From the NCBI GenBank assembly GCA_013239625.1, contig MU053304.1:558001-622000 (forward strand): a DNA stretch of 64,000 nt, written 5' to 3'. The position numbers were made by a program, and so were the translations under genes. The notes beneath the pieces are model-generated. The model was not told where the DNA came from. It made no database searches and was given only the letters and a program-made list of their open reading frames with translations. Below, one piece after another: positions 1-12,840 of the stretch. Origin of the DNA: Lama guanicoe (taxonomy: Eukaryota). Positions within the stretch are counted from its first letter, which is position 1. Every line of letters starts with the position of its first letter.

Positions 1-41
1 CTGGCTAATCCTTCCGCTAATCTGGGTTGAGCTTGGTTTCT

Positions 42-439
42 TTCTTTCTTTCTTTTTTTTTTTTTTTCTTTTTTTTTTTAATTGAAGTATAGTCAGTTTA
101 CAATGTTGTGTCAGTTTCTGGTGTACAGCACAGTGCTTCGGTCATACATGAATATACATATATTTGTTTTCATATTCTTTTTCACCATAAGCTACAACAG
201 GATATTGAATATAGTTCCCTGTGCTATACAGTATAAACTTGTTTATCTATTTTATATATACCAGTCAGTATCTGCAAATCTAGAACTCTCAATTTATCCC
301 TTCCCACCCCCTCCCCCTCGGTATCCGTAAGTTTGTTTTCTATGTCTGTGAGTCTGTTTCTGTTTTGTAAATTCATTTGTCCTTTTTTTTTTCGATTCCA
401 CATATGAGAGATATCATATGGTATTTTTATTTCTCTTTC
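42..439 (-). mobile_element. 5'-truncated LINE-1 3' end with poly(A) tail (poly-T on +)
   Basis: The T-rich tail is followed by the 'ttgaagtatagtcagtttacaatgttgtg...' L1 3'-UTR sequence repeated across this window. Target-site duplication tgagcttggtttct (28-41) / tgagctttgtttct (440-453). Confidence 0.85.
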
Positions 440-2141
440 TGAGCTTTGTTTCTGTTATTTCCAACTTTCATTCACTTTGCAGTCGCAGTATCTAGCATTG
501 CCTGGAGCATAGTGGTACTTACCTGGCTAAACAAATATTGGTTGAAAGTGTTTGGGGTTCACCCTGGCAACTCTATCACCTGTTCTCTGCTCTGGGCTCC
601 GGTCAAGTTCAGCTGCTTGGCCCCCCTCCCCAACCAAGCACCCATCATGCCTGCCTCGGCTTTCGTTGTCGACACCTCTGTTGGGGACACCATCTCTCCT
701 CTCCTTTTAGGTTTGACTCAAGGAGGCCCTGATACTGGGATCTGAACTGTCAGTCTCCCTTCTCTGAATTCTTTGCTTTCACTACATGGGGACAGTTCAC
801 GACTCACTTATAGAAAGTGGCATCTCCTTGAGGGAAGGGGGTGGACACACTGGGTTGTCTTTTCATCCCCTTGGGATCCCTGGGCACCAGACTTCCTCAC
901 ATGAGCCATCTGCTGGCCCAGGAAGGGAGGTAAACGCATGCCTCTGTGGTCAGGCAGGTGACCTCAGTACTGATGTAGACCATGCAGCTCCTTCTAAGGG
1001 GTCAGCTCCGTTGCCAGTTGCCCTGAAGAAAAAAGGTTCTTAGGTTTTCAAGAGAAGCAGAAATCCATATTTTTATTTAAAATTTCCTTGCTTTGAAATG
1101 TTGGTAACTAATTCACAACTTAAGAAACACTATGTGGGGCAAATAAATCCATCAATGGGCTGGTTTCAGCCAAGGATTTGGAGATTCTGCTGGGAATGAG
1201 GAATGCATGAATGGACAAATTCACAGCCAGGGCTGCAGCATGAAGGTGTGTGGGGTGTGACCTATGTAAGTCGTCAGCTGAGGGCAGGAGTCAGGGCTGG
1301 TGTCGAAGCGTCACTCACCACATCAGGCTGCCAGATGCACTGTGTCCAGCCAGAGGGTAGGCTGGTGGCTTTCCAAAGCTCCCTTTTCAAAATGGACAAA
1401 ATCACAAAAAAGAGTAAAAAGCATGTAGAGACCTGGGTCTAGGGTGACCAACTTGTCCTGGTTTGCCTGGTTTTAAATCCCAAAGTCCCACATCCCAAGA
1501 ACCCTCTTAGTCCCAGGCCAGCTGGGACGGTTGGGCACCCTAGCTAGATCTGATCCCTCTTCCCACCATGTCCCCAGCCCGCTGGTGGACAATCATCATG
1601 GCAGCTGAAATATGTGAGCTCATTAAGTACCAGACATCATGTGTTAGGAGCTGCATTGTTTCCCTCACGTTTCATAACATCTTCATGGTGTGGATTTGTT
1701 ACCTGTTCTACAGATGACAGTTGGAGTTGCAGAGGGTGAAGTGATCGGCCCACGGCCAGTAGCCTTGCTGGGGTTTGAGCCTACATTGGTCTCGCTCTGT
1801 GCTCAACCCCACTCTCAGAGGGCGCAGCAGGGTGGCCTGAGCCTGAAGCCTCGGGGAAGGGGCAGGTTTCAGCTCCCCAGAAACGCACTTGCCTGGTTGG
1901 AGGTCCACCCAGGATCAATTTTTGCAGGTCTGAACCCTCCACGCCTGGCCTCTCAGACCTGCCCAGGCTCTTGTCTTTCTGTACTTTGGCCCCTAACCCC
2001 TGAAAGGGACAACCCAAGAAGCCCTCAGGAGACACTTTTCTGTTTCCAGAACACCGCCGCCCCCTCCTCTCCCTCCATCCTGTGCCCACTGCACAAACAA
2101 GGGATGAGGCTGGCGCTTGGAAAATAAACGCTGACTGGTGA

Positions 2142-2147
2142 TTTATT
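2142..2147 (-). terminator. Polyadenylation signal AATAAA for TEX44
   Basis: TTTATT on +, about 75 nt downstream of the TEX44 stop in minus-strand orientation. Confidence 0.7.
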
Positions 2148-2222
2148 GCCCAGTTCGGGGAGAGCCGTCCAGGGCAGGACATGAGTGTCCCTGGGGTCTT
2201 GGAAGGTCGTGGAATGCAGAAT

Positions 2223-3299
2223 CTAGTTGAGGTTGGGGCCGGCCTGGGCCTGGCTTGGGGTGAGGTGGCTGGTCAGGTAGCGCACGGCTGAGCGGATGCC
2301 CTCTATGGTCCTCTGCTCCACTGATTCCAGGATGTGGGTGATGGTGCGCAGGGCTGATATGGTCCCTTCTGCCAGCCCAGAGGAGAAGGCAGAGCTGGCG
2401 CTCCCTAGGATGCTGGAGACAGAGTGCAGGCCGGGCCCCGTGGTGTGCAGCAGGTCTGTCATGGAGCCGTGGCCAGAGGCCAGGATGCCTGTGGCCATGC
2501 CCATGGTGGTCTCAGACCACACCAGGATGTCTGCCAGCGAGCTGAAGGACCCCTCGCCCCCGCCCAACAGGCTGGTCATGGAGCGCATATAATTGTTCTC
2601 GCTGGCCTCGTAGTCTGTGGGCCTCCTCCCCAGAGCCACCCTTCGGGGCCCAGGCAAAGTAGGGGCTGATGGCAAAGCGTAAGTGTCAGGGTTCAAGGCC
2701 TTCGGATCCTCAGGTTTCTCAACAGCTTCAGCAGTGTCAGCGGCCCGAGTGTCAGGCTGGCTGTTGGCATCCGCAGTGCTCAGAACGGGCTGAGCCTCCA
2801 CATTTTGGGGGGACTGTACCTGAGCACTTGGGGTAAATGGAGCTAGTTCCTGCCCCCTACCTGGGACCGCCGCTGTTTGTGGTGTCTCTTCCTTAATCAG
2901 GGAGTCTTGTTGGAAAACCTGAGGACCCTGAGTCATCCTTGAATCTTGCCCGGGTCCATTCTGCACTGAGTCCTGGAGGCCCATGGATGTTTGCAGTGCG
3001 TCTGGGGCCGGGTGATCAAGCAGGGTGGTGGCCTCCTTGGGCTCCTGGCCATGCCCTGCAGCAGCTTCATGCTTGTCCTTGTCTCCAGACCCTGACTTGT
3101 CCTCCAAGGTGGCTGGCTTGATGGAGGCCTGGTCTACATCCTGCTGTTCAGCCAAAGCTGCAGTGCTGAGAGCTGCTGGGACACCTGCAAGGAGGGGCAC
3201 CGGACTTTGGGACCCCACGGTTGGGATGTCTGTAGACTTGCTGTCACCATGTATAGGGGTGCTGGTGGTTTTGGCCTCTCCTGAGGGCACGGTGATCAT
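2223..3299 (-). CDS. TEX44: Testis-expressed protein 44 (C2orf57 orthologue), single coding exon, 358 aa
   Basis: Intact 358-aa ORF with recognisable TEX44 blocks (QDVDQASIKPAT, SGDKDK, ALGRRP, YMRSMTSLL..GEGS.SSLADILVWSETTMGMA, ALRTITHILESVEQRTIEGIRSAVRYLTSHLTP). It is transcribed divergently from NMUR1, as in human. Confidence 0.93.
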   Translation of the reverse strand: MITVPSGEAKTTSTPIHGDSKSTDIPTVGSQSPVPLLAGVPAALSTAALAEQQDVDQASIKPATLEDKSGSGDKDKHEAAAGHGQEPKEATTLLDHPAPDALQTSMGLQDSVQNGPGQDSRMTQGPQVFQQDSLIKEETPQTAAVPGRGQELAPFTPSAQVQSPQNVEAQPVLSTADANSQPDTRAADTAEAVEKPEDPKALNPDTYALPSAPTLPGPRRVALGRRPTDYEASENNYMRSMTSLLGGGEGSFSSLADILVWSETTMGMATGILASGHGSMTDLLHTTGPGLHSVSSILGSASSAFSSGLAEGTISALRTITHILESVEQRTIEGIRSAVRYLTSHLTPSQAQAGPNLN

Positions 3300-3366
3300 C
3301 TAGGCCTTCTGTCACTTGTGCTGGTTGAGGGAGTGACCACTGCCTTGCTGGGCTGAGTTGTTCAGG

Positions 3367-3409
3367 TGGTGATGTCACAGGGGGCTGTTGAAGCTGGTGA
3401 TGTCACAGG
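3367..3409. promoter_or_regulatory. Duplicated CRE-like elements in the TEX44 proximal promoter/5' region
   Basis: 15-bp direct repeat TGGTGATGTCACAGG at 3367-3381 and 3395-3409. Each copy contains TGATGTCA, one mismatch from the CRE TGACGTCA, 70-110 nt upstream of the ATG. Confidence 0.5.
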
Positions 3410-3784
3410 CACCTGCAGAGCAAGGGTCGTGAGTCTCCAGAGTGGCTGCCCTAGGGGACTGAGTCTCTGGGACTGTTCATGGCCAAGTTTGCTAATGTCT
3501 AAGGAGAGCAAGGCAGATGTGGAGAAACATGGAAGTTGTACACAGGTGCAGTTGCCCACAAGGAATCATGATGGCTATGACTCTGATGAAAGAGAATGGG
3601 ATACTGATGTTGATTTATAATAATGTCATAAGGGACCACTCCCAGCACCTCTCTGTTCACACTGCTGACTGATTTGGCCAAGTCTTTCTGCAGAGAGTGA
3701 GTTTCGCAGCAGTGGTGAGTAGGAACAAGTGAAGGCTAAGGGCCTGGGCAGCAACTGGCCCTGATTGTCTTTGGTTGTGGGAGC

Positions 3785-4035
3785 TATAGGCGGAAGGTGT
3801 GTGTCCCATCCTGAAATTTATGTGTTGAAAGCTAATCCCCAGTGTAATAGTATTTGGAGTTGGGGCCTTGGGGAAGTGATTACGTCTGAGGGTGGGGCCC
3901 TCATGAATGGGCTTGGTGCCCTGATAAAATGGACCACACCAAGTTCCCTGGCCCCCTCCTCCATGTGAATTGCAGCCAGGAGATGGCTATCTATGAGCGA
4001 GGAAGCAAGTACTCACCCGACACTGAATCTGCAGC
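3785..4035 (+). mobile_element. MaLR LTR (MLT1-like) fragment
   Basis: Typical MLT1 motifs 'tatgtgttgaaagctaatccccagtgtaatagtatttggag..ggggccttggggaagtgatta..gagggtggggccctcatgaatgg'. Confidence 0.7.
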
Positions 4036-6172
4036 CTGAATGGACTAAGACAGGGGTTAGCCCTGGGATGCAGGATAAGCAGTCTCCATCTTCTCCTTGC
4101 TTAACTAGGTTGGGAGGGCAGAGAGTAACAAAAGATCTGTAAAGCCCTGAGTGTTCTTTGGAGAAGCGTAGACCCAGATAAATGTGCTTGTGCTTGTGAT
4201 TAAGACAGTGGTTAGAGGGAGAGTTCCAGTCTGTCATGCCTGTGCTCCCCTGCGGTTATCACCTAACGTTTAGAGACTGTTTATCATGCACAGGAAAAGA
4301 AGCTACACATCCATCTAACCTCCAACAACCCCATCATCTCTAGGTAGGTGCGGATCCATTATCGGGAAGCCGAGCCTCAGAGGGAATAAATGACTTATTT
4401 AAAGGCACACTATTAATAAGCACTGAATCTGGGATTTCAGAGCTCAGGCTCTCCAGCACTACCTTATATCCAGAAGGGGTATTAAAATATTGAATGATTG
4501 GCATAGGAAGGATATTGGCTAATGCAGAGAAGGCTTACCATAATCTCACCGCATCAGTATGTAACAGTTGCTGTCACTTCTCCGAGCACCAGGCTCAATG
4601 CTTAATGAGTATTTCTTCTCCCCATGAATACTCTGGCCATCTCAGAAGTCACAGGGCAAACCCAAGTTTGTCAGTGTGGGATGACCTTATACTTTGTAAA
4701 GGAGTCACGGAAAAGACTGCTAGTTGCTCATCTTAGTAGCCGTTCTTCCTCAAGATCAGAAGTCCAATTTTATTTAGGGTGGCTATGTGCTCAGACAAAA
4801 GAATATATTTCTCAGCCTCCCTTGCAGCTAGGTAAGATCTTCTGGCCAATGAAATGTAAGCAGAAAGTATTGAGTGGAACTTCAGGAAGAATTCTTCAAA
4901 GAGCAGAACACCTTTTTGCTCCTTCTCCTTTATGCCATCCTGTTATCAAGAATGTGAAGGCTGGAGCACCAGCAGCCATTCTGATACATGAAGTGACCTT
5001 GAGGTTGGAAGGCACACACTAAATGCCACACAATTTGTGGAACACATAGAAGGAATCTGGGTCCCATGGTTGGAGCCACCACACCAGCCACCAGATCAGA
5101 CCAGACTGTTGCTATCCTCCAGAATTCTTTGTGTGAGGGAAAATAATTGCATATATGCTCAAACCATTGTTATTTTGGGTTTTCTGTTACATGCAGCTAA
5201 ACTTAATCCTTATCCAGTTCTGACAGTTATGACATCCCTGTCAGGTAGGTGGTTGTTCAGTGTTTGTTCGAATAATTTCCTGTCTTAAAAATCAAGGTCA
5301 GCACATTGCATTAAGTGCTTGGCACTGTACAGGTGTTATTCCCCCACTATTCAGATAAGGAAACTGAGACTTAGAGAAACTAAATACACAGCAAGTTAAA
5401 TGCTTGACTCCAAAGCCCTCCATACCCCCACTGCCTCCTGCTTCTAGTTAGAAAGTTCTTAATGTCACCTTATGGGCAGACTGTGTCCCACTACAACCAT
5501 TAGACACTCTTCATAGGCACCGAAGCCAAACTCCTTGTCCTCCTTGTCCTTCCATTTGGAATTCAAGTTTTAATTCAACGTATTGCACTTTACACTTACC
5601 CTTGTTAAGTTTCACATGCCTTAAGAATCTGTGCCAAGATGTCAAAGAGCAGAGAAGATTATTAAAATTGGGGTAAAAAAATATTGTTTATTTATAAATA
5701 AATATTAGATATTGGTATAGAACACAATGTATATTTATTCTATTGTTACATGGAATATATATATATATACACACACATATATATACACATACACATATAC
5801 AAAAGAAAATATATCTAAACATTTTTTTCTTAATTTAGTTCAAAAGTTTCCTGCCTTTATTAAGTAGTGTTCAGAAGAGGAAATTAGTCTAAAAAACTTT
5901 GCCTTTGATTCCTTTCAACTCCTGTCTTGTAGAGACAATGACTCTCCTATTAAATATTCTTATTTTAGGGTAAATTCAGTTTATGGAATATTATGCAGCT
6001 GTATAAAGCCTACATATACACATGGGAAAATGCTTGCCATATACTATCACCCTAAAAAGCAGGATAAAATATTTTATGTACATTATGTATGTTTGCCAAT
6101 ACACTCAGCTGGAGGTAATGAAAACCCAATTCAAACTGGGTAAGCAAAAGTAATAAAAATAAAAGTGGAGCA

Positions 6173-6310
6173 GGGAGGGTGTAGCTCAGTGGTAGAGTGC
6201 CTGCTTAGCATGCACAAGGTCCTGGATTCAATCTACAGTACCTCAGTTAAAAATAGATAAAAAATAAAAACATATATACATACATCCCCCAAAGTAATAC
6301 AAATAAAGGG
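6173..6310 (+). mobile_element. tRNA-derived SINE (vic-1-like, camelid type)
   Basis: A box 'tagctcagtggtagag', B-box-like 'gattcaatc', and an A-rich tail. Near-identical copies occur elsewhere in the window. Confidence 0.85.
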
Positions 6311-7840
6311 ATTTATTGGTTCACAGAAATGTATAAAGTCTAAAGGGATGTTTCTGCAGAGACCTCAGTTCAGTGATGCTGTCAAGATTCAGTCTTCTCT
6401 TTCTCCCTCTCTTGGTTCCCTTTTCTCACTGATGGACAGATTTTTAGGAATAGTCCTCTGTATGCAGGTTGCTAGCAGCTTCAGGTCAATGCAGACACCC
6501 TGGTCCTCAGTAGTTACAGCAAACCTCAGGCCCTGAGTTTCATAGGTTCCTGTGTTTTCCTCTGAAGAAATCAACTTGGGGACAAAATCCTGGCTGGTCA
6601 GGCATGGAATGGGGACATGGGGTCAGTCTCATTGAAACATAAGGCCTGCAAATAGTAGTGGAGTTGGTCCCAAAGGAAACTGGGGTGCTGTTACCAAAGA
6701 GGGCAAAATGGACTCTGAGCAGGAAACACAGATGAGATCTGCTGTATGGTGATTACAGACATTTAAAGAAAGTCTACTAGGCAAAGCCCGGCAGAAAGCA
6801 AAATGCCCACAAGAGATGCTGATTATTGTAACAAAATCAGAAAATACACGTAAGCAAAAATAAGTAAATAATAATAAAAACAAAAATCACCCTAAGCAAT
6901 ATGGTGGACTGAGTGTGTGGGAACCTGTTACCCCAACATACTCACACTTACTCTCACTCTTATACTGACACGCACTCACACTGACACACACTGGCATCTT
7001 TCAGACGCAGAGATGCGGGGTAGCAACACAGCCCACAACAGGTTAAGTGTATAGCTAAGCTGCAAAACATGGTAGGGCGCAGGCTCCAGAAGGGATGGAA
7101 GTGGGGACGGGGCCGGGTGTCGGCTGAGGTCAGGCGTTGGGGATTTTCTAATGTCCTTCTCAGGACAGCCCCGCTGTGGCCCTGGGCGGGCCTCCCTGTC
7201 AGTGAGGAGGGCTCCCCCAGAGCTCTGCCCACAAGCCAGACATAATCAGGGCTCAGCTCAGCTCTGAGTGGGGGTTGACGTCACACCGTAGGAGGAAGCT
7301 TCCACCTGACTGTGCTGTTGCTGTTGGAATTGGGTGAAGCCGTGGAAGTAGCTGCCGCCCCAGGACCTCAGACTTGCTGGGAACCCCCTATAAGCCCCAA
7401 ACCTGCAGAGCTGTCCATCGGAGTGCATCGGCTGATAGACCCGCCTCTTCCCTGTGTCAGCTTACTAGCTTAACATCAGCCTGGGGGGATTGTTTCCCCC
7501 ATGGAAAACGACTAAGAATTGTTTTCCCCAGTAAATCGGTGGTTCACCAGCACACCGCTGAGTCTGAGTACACTCTCTTTCCCTGGCAGGGGGCTGTTTG
7601 CCCTGCCCTCCTAAGGGATAACACTCAGGGCTCCCTTTTGAGGACGGTCTCACGCCATGATCCCCCAGCGTCCCACACAGCAAGGCAGCTGGTGCTGCGG
7701 CTCCCAAGTGGCCTCTGGGACTGAGCTGCCCGGGTTCAAATCCTGCCGCTGCTGTAACCTGCTGTGTAACCCAAAGCAAGTTACTTCACATCTGTACCTC
7801 GGTTCTTCCGACTTTTAAGTGGGGCTAATAATAGTCCTAC

Positions 7841-8135
7841 CTGTGGTATAATGAAAAGTAATATATATTTGTTTTTTGTCCTGGCACAGAGCTCCTAAAA
7901 CCTTTGGAATTTCCTAGTAAGAGTGTCTTGTGTTATTCATAATTGCTGACCATGCCTGAGTTTATGTTAACGAGGGGACTAGTAAGATTCTGGAGGGGGA
8001 CTGGTTGCCAGAGGAACCAGTCTTGTGGTTAGAGGATTGCAACTTTCAGCCCCACCCCCGCAACTCTAGGGAGGGGGAGGGGCCGGGGGTGGAGTTGACC
8101 AATCACCAATGACCAATGATTTAATCAATTGTAAC
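7841..8135 (+). mobile_element. ERVL-type LTR fragment (MER21-like)
   Basis: Motifs 'ctggcacagagctcctaaaacctttggaatttcct' and 'ggctggttgccagaggaacca..gattagagg..aactttcagcccca..caatgatttaatcaat'. Confidence 0.55.
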
Positions 8136-9515
8136 TACATAATGGGCTTTGTTTTTCCCAGTAAATTAGTGGTTTACAGTAAATGGGCCTGGAGCCTTCT
8201 GGAGCTCTGCGGCCCTGCCCACACTCCTCCCCCGACCCGCACGCCCATGGCCCTGTCCACGAGAAGGGTGGTGCACACGGCCCCTACCTGCCAGTGAGAC
8301 CACCTGGGGGCCCTAGTCTCTGGTGGCAGCTCCTCCCTCTGTCCCAGCTCTCCGCTCCCCCTTCCCCCGCCCCCGGCAGCCCTTCTGAATGTCAGCGCTC
8401 TAAGGGGGTGCTCAGATTCTGCCTCTTCCCAAAGCTCCTGCTTCCTGTGTTTTCAAGACCTTTAAGGAGTTGAGCAACCTGGGCTCCTTTAGCAGGTGGT
8501 ATGGGAACTCCACTTAGAACACACTGGGTTTGTTTGGAAGAAATATGTTAATAAGCCCCATGGGGTGGGGGCTGAGACCCCGAAGGCATTCTCAAATGAC
8601 AAAACGTGATGCTACTCTGCTTTCTAAGGAGATGGATGCTGTTACCCCAAGAAGAGAGACTTCGTTTGGAAAGAGCTGGGTTTGGGCCAGGAGCCCTCCA
8701 GCCTAGGTGCTCTGTGGGAGAGATGGGGTGAGGGTTTTGAAGTTCTTCGGTTGCACTGAGAAGGGGAGAAAAGGTCAGGCCTTTCTCGGAGCGGAGCAGG
8801 TGAGGCTTGGGGAGAACAGAAATGTCTAGAGGGAATTTTTAAATTGTTTGTGTTGAGCTCTCCAAGGTACACCCGTCACCTTCTCTCCACAACATCAAAA
8901 ATCACACCTTGTTTGCTAGTGCTTTTGTGTGAGCGCTGGCGGCCAGGGAGCTGCAGACCCAGGGGACTAGTTTCTCCTGGAGGTTGGCAGGAGCAAACTG
9001 CCCTGGGGACGTGGAGCAGGGACAGTGGAGGGCTGAGTTACAAAATGGTGCTGGGCCAGTTGGTTAAGTATCTGGAAAAACATTGGGTTAGTTTCTCACT
9101 TTCACTTAAAGAAGCAAGTACAAAGAAAGAAAAAGAGAGAGAGGTCCTAAGTAAACTAAAAATATTTGGTTTTGGGGAGACGTACTTTCTAAACATAAAA
9201 GAAATTCCAAGGAGGAAAAATAGACATAGGTCAAAAAGCAATCTAAAAAATTTAAGAACAAACCATGAACTGGGAAAAAATACTTGCTACAAATATAACA
9301 TAGGATTAATACCTACACTATATGAAGATCCCAAACAGCTCAATAAGATGCCATTATATACCAAAGACCACAATGTGCAAAAGATGAGCACAGGTCACTT
9401 ACCAAAGAAATCTGAATAACGAATAACCATGGGACAATGTTCAAAGGTATTAAAAGCAGTACAAGTTAAGAAAAACAAGGTATCTTTAGGTAATGGGATT
9501 ATAAGTGACTTAAAT

Positions 9516-9541
9516 TGTGTGTGTGTGTGTGTGTGTGTGTG
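9516..9541. repeat. (TG)13 microsatellite
   Basis: Read directly from the sequence. Confidence 0.95.
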
Positions 9542-10254
9542 AAATGAATTTTCTAATGTTTCTCTAGTAACATGTATTACTTGCATCAAGATCCTAAGAG
9601 TTAAAAACACGGTTGGGTCAAATAACAAATGAGTAGCCAGCATCAGAGACTTCTAGTTGTGGTGGACCATAGGCAAGTTTTTTCTTTCAAGCTTTTGTGC
9701 ATTTTGAAATTTATACAATTCATTTGCCCTTTCAACAATGAGTAAATATTACTTGAAGTATTAGAACAAATTTGCAAGTTAAAATAAATTCCTTCTCCCT
9801 AAACTTCCAGAAGCCTGGGCCCTGTATGCAAATAGGATTCCACCCAAACACCCACTCTGAGTGGGAAGGCAGTTGAACTGAGAGACCACCCCTCCCACCC
9901 CCATCTCTAAAACAAAGTGGTGTTTCAGTCCTCTACCCACCACATACACACCCCCTTGGGCTGCCGCAGCCCTTAGGATGCCTTTTCTAGTCCGGCCTCC
10001 ATCTCCAGGGTCCACCTTGATCTCTCCCCACCCTCAGGTTTGGCCTGCCAGCTGCTGTGAGAGGACTCAGGCCCCTCAGAAGCCTGGTTGGGGGCTGTGC
10101 AGTGGCCGGAGGGGGGCCCTGAGGGGACTCTGGTGCAGATCAGCCTTGAGAAGCTGGACCAGCAGACCCCTGAAATTCACCTGCCAAGCGGTGAATTATT
10201 CCTCTGCTCACGTGTCCCACCACTCATCCTTACTCCTGGGTGTCTGCCCTTCAG

Positions 10255-10602
10255 AGTGTGACTATATTAGGAGACTGGGCCTTTAGAGAGGTAATTAAAT
10301 TAGAATGGGGTCACTAGGGTGGGTAACTCAGTATGACTGGTGTCCTTTTAAGAAGAAGAAATGGGGACCCAGACACACGCACACACAGAGAACGCCCCGT
10401 GAACATGAAGACGGCCATCCATAAACCAAGGAGAGGAGCTGGGAACAGCTCCTTCCTTCATGGCCCTCAGAAGGAATAAACAGGGCCGACACCTTGATTT
10501 CTCCCTTCTGCCTTCTGCCTTCAGAACTGAGGAAACGCGTTTCTGTCATTTAAGCGCCACTGTCTGCGGCACTTTGTGTGGCAGCCTGAGCGGACGGATA
10601 CA
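10255..10602 (+). mobile_element. MaLR LTR (MLT1-like)
   Basis: Motifs 'tatgactggtgtcctttta agaaga', 'gccctcagaaggaa...gacaccttgatt' and 'agaactgagga...tttctgtcatttaagc'. Confidence 0.75.
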
Positions 10603-11752
10603 GTGCTGTTGAGCACAGGATTAGGCCCTCGAGTAGAATCCCAAAGAGGCTAAAGATAGTTATCTGCTTGCAAAAAGTGTATCTAATTTGAGAGACAAGT
10701 CATCAATCTGTTGTCACAACATGGCCTAGTGCGTCAAATGCACATTCTCTGAAGTATGTGGGTTCCCAAGATCTAGGCTGCTAGAAAGACTTAACAAGGC
10801 TGCTAGAGGCCAAGCCTTGGGGTAGATTGGGGGGTGTCACAGGGTTTTGCCCTCAGGGTCCCCAACTGTCTCTCAGCTCCAGAGATCTGATAGTCACAGA
10901 GGGTGGGGTGAGGAGGGCGGAGGGGATGAGGAGATAGGGTGGGGATGGGGCAGAGCCACCTCCTGCTCCAGGCTGGGACTCTGCACCGAGCCAGCTTCAC
11001 TCCATTCCTAGGGTGTCCTGTGGATGGTCTGTGCCTCTCAGGCCTGGGACTCACTGCTTCCCCTTCTCTCCTCCCACCAGGGGCTCCTCAACCTGGAAGG
11101 AGTGGGGAGAGGGCGGGTTTCCCCAGAGTCATCACTCTAACAAAGAGTTGCTCACTGAGCCTTTGCTCTAAACTAGTGGATTTTAGCCTCCTTAGTCTGG
11201 AAGGAACAATTTGGAGAAGGGATGAAAGATATGGGCCCCTCTCCAGAAAAATGCACATGCACATTCACAGCCGCCCCACCTCTAAGATCTACCTGTGTCT
11301 GGTTATTTGCATTCCAGGGACCAGCAGACCCTTGAAATTCACCTGCCAAGAGGCTTGTAGGCCCAGAGTTGTGCACAGGTGGCAGGGAGGGTGGTCAGGG
11401 ATGCAATCCAGGTGGAAGGCACCAACGCAGCCAGAGGCGGCCCTGTGTGGGGAGGCAGTGGGAACATACTGGCTGATCCCCGAAAGCTGTCCCTGGAGGC
11501 AGGAGATCTCACTTTCTTCTGAGGCTGAGGGACTGGTGGAGGGTTCTGGGCAGGAGAGAGGCACAGAGTAAGTACCGCTTTGGGAAGGTTTGGGGAGGAA
11601 GCCTCTAAGAAGCACAGCCTTGTAAGAGCCTGCCTGCCACATTGCAGCACAAATGAGCACTGCATTTTGCAAACGTTCCCTAGAAGGACAGGCACTGTCT
11701 TCCAGAACAAAGCAGAAGAAAGAGCAGGGTCAGGAAGCCCAATCAGGTTTTG

Positions 11753-12015
11753 TTTGTTTTTTTTTTTAAACTTTTTTTATTGAGTTATAGTCATTTCACA
11801 GTGTTGTGTCAAATTCCAGTGTAGAGCACAATTTTTCAGTTATACATGAACATACATATATTCATTGTCACATTCTTTTTCACTGTGAGCCACCACAATA
11901 TCTTGTATGTTTCCCTGTGCTATACAGTATAATCTTGTTTATCTGTTCTGCATATGCCTGTCAGTATCGACAAAGTTTGAGTTCCCAGTCTATCCCTTCC
12001 CAACTCCTGCTCCCT
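11753..12015 (-). mobile_element. Short LINE-1 3' end insertion
   Basis: Poly-T followed by L1 3'-UTR sequence. Perfect 13-bp TSD CAATCAGGTTTTG at 11740-11752 and 12016-12028. Confidence 0.85.
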
Positions 12016-12269
12016 CAATCAGGTTTTGAGTAAATAGAACAACAAGTCTTGATCTGCCCTAAACAGGAATGTATTCATGGGGATTGGTCAGCAAGGAGTT
12101 TAGGAAATGAGGATTTGGGCAACCAGCATTGTCAAGGGGAGAGGGGGTGTTCTCTCTAACATAACCCCAGGAGGGGATGGACCTTCAGTTTGCAGACACC
12201 TAGAGGGGTCCCACTCACCCGCACACCATGTCCACACTCAGCCAGCCACTTTGGGCGTCCCCTGGCTTC

Positions 12270-12632
12270 TGTAGTGGATTGAATTGTGGCCCCCAAAAGA
12301 CATGTCTACCTGCAACCTCAGAATGGGACCTTATTTGGAATAAGAGTCTTTGCAGATATAATAAGTTAAATGATGACCAGACGAGGTCATCCTGGGTTTA
12401 AGGTGGGCCCTGCATCTAATGACTGGGTCCTTATAAGAGAAAGGGTAGCTACTGAGAACGAGACACAGAGATGGGGCTTTGAAGATGGAGGTGGAGATGG
12501 GAGTGAATGATGCATCTCCAAGCCAAGGAGCTCTAAGGGTTGCTGGCAGCAAGCGGAGGCAAGAGAAAGGCATGGAACAGATTCTCCCTCAGGGCCTCCA
12601 GGAGAAACCAACCCTATTGACACCTGGATTTC
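12270..12632 (+). mobile_element. MaLR LTR (MLT1C-like)
   Basis: Begins 'tgtagtggattgaattgtggcccccaaaaga', with 'accttatttggaataag..ctttgcagat' and 'ggaacagattctccctcag'. Confidence 0.75.
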
Positions 12633-12840
12633 TAAGGTGATCATAGGTGTTGGGAAAGGAACTCATACTTAAATAAATTTGAGAAACACTGGGTTTAACT
12701 ATAGGTTTCTTTGCTGAGGAATTTCTCAGAGCCTTTAATAGGCTATGAGTCCTGTGAATTTCCCAACGGGGTAGGGGGTGGGGGGTGGGGAGCCAGTATT
12801 GAACACACATTTCCCAAGCTTGTTTAACCAAGGAACACTT

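Noticed and set aside
6173..6244. tRNA-Ala-like sequences (also near 39980, 42330, 43660 and 49269)
   Set aside because: These are SINE heads with A-rich tails and TSDs, not tRNA genes.
8844..9419. 191-aa ORF
   Set aside because: The 3' part looks like very decayed L1 ORF2 sequence, the start is non-ATG and there is no exon structure.
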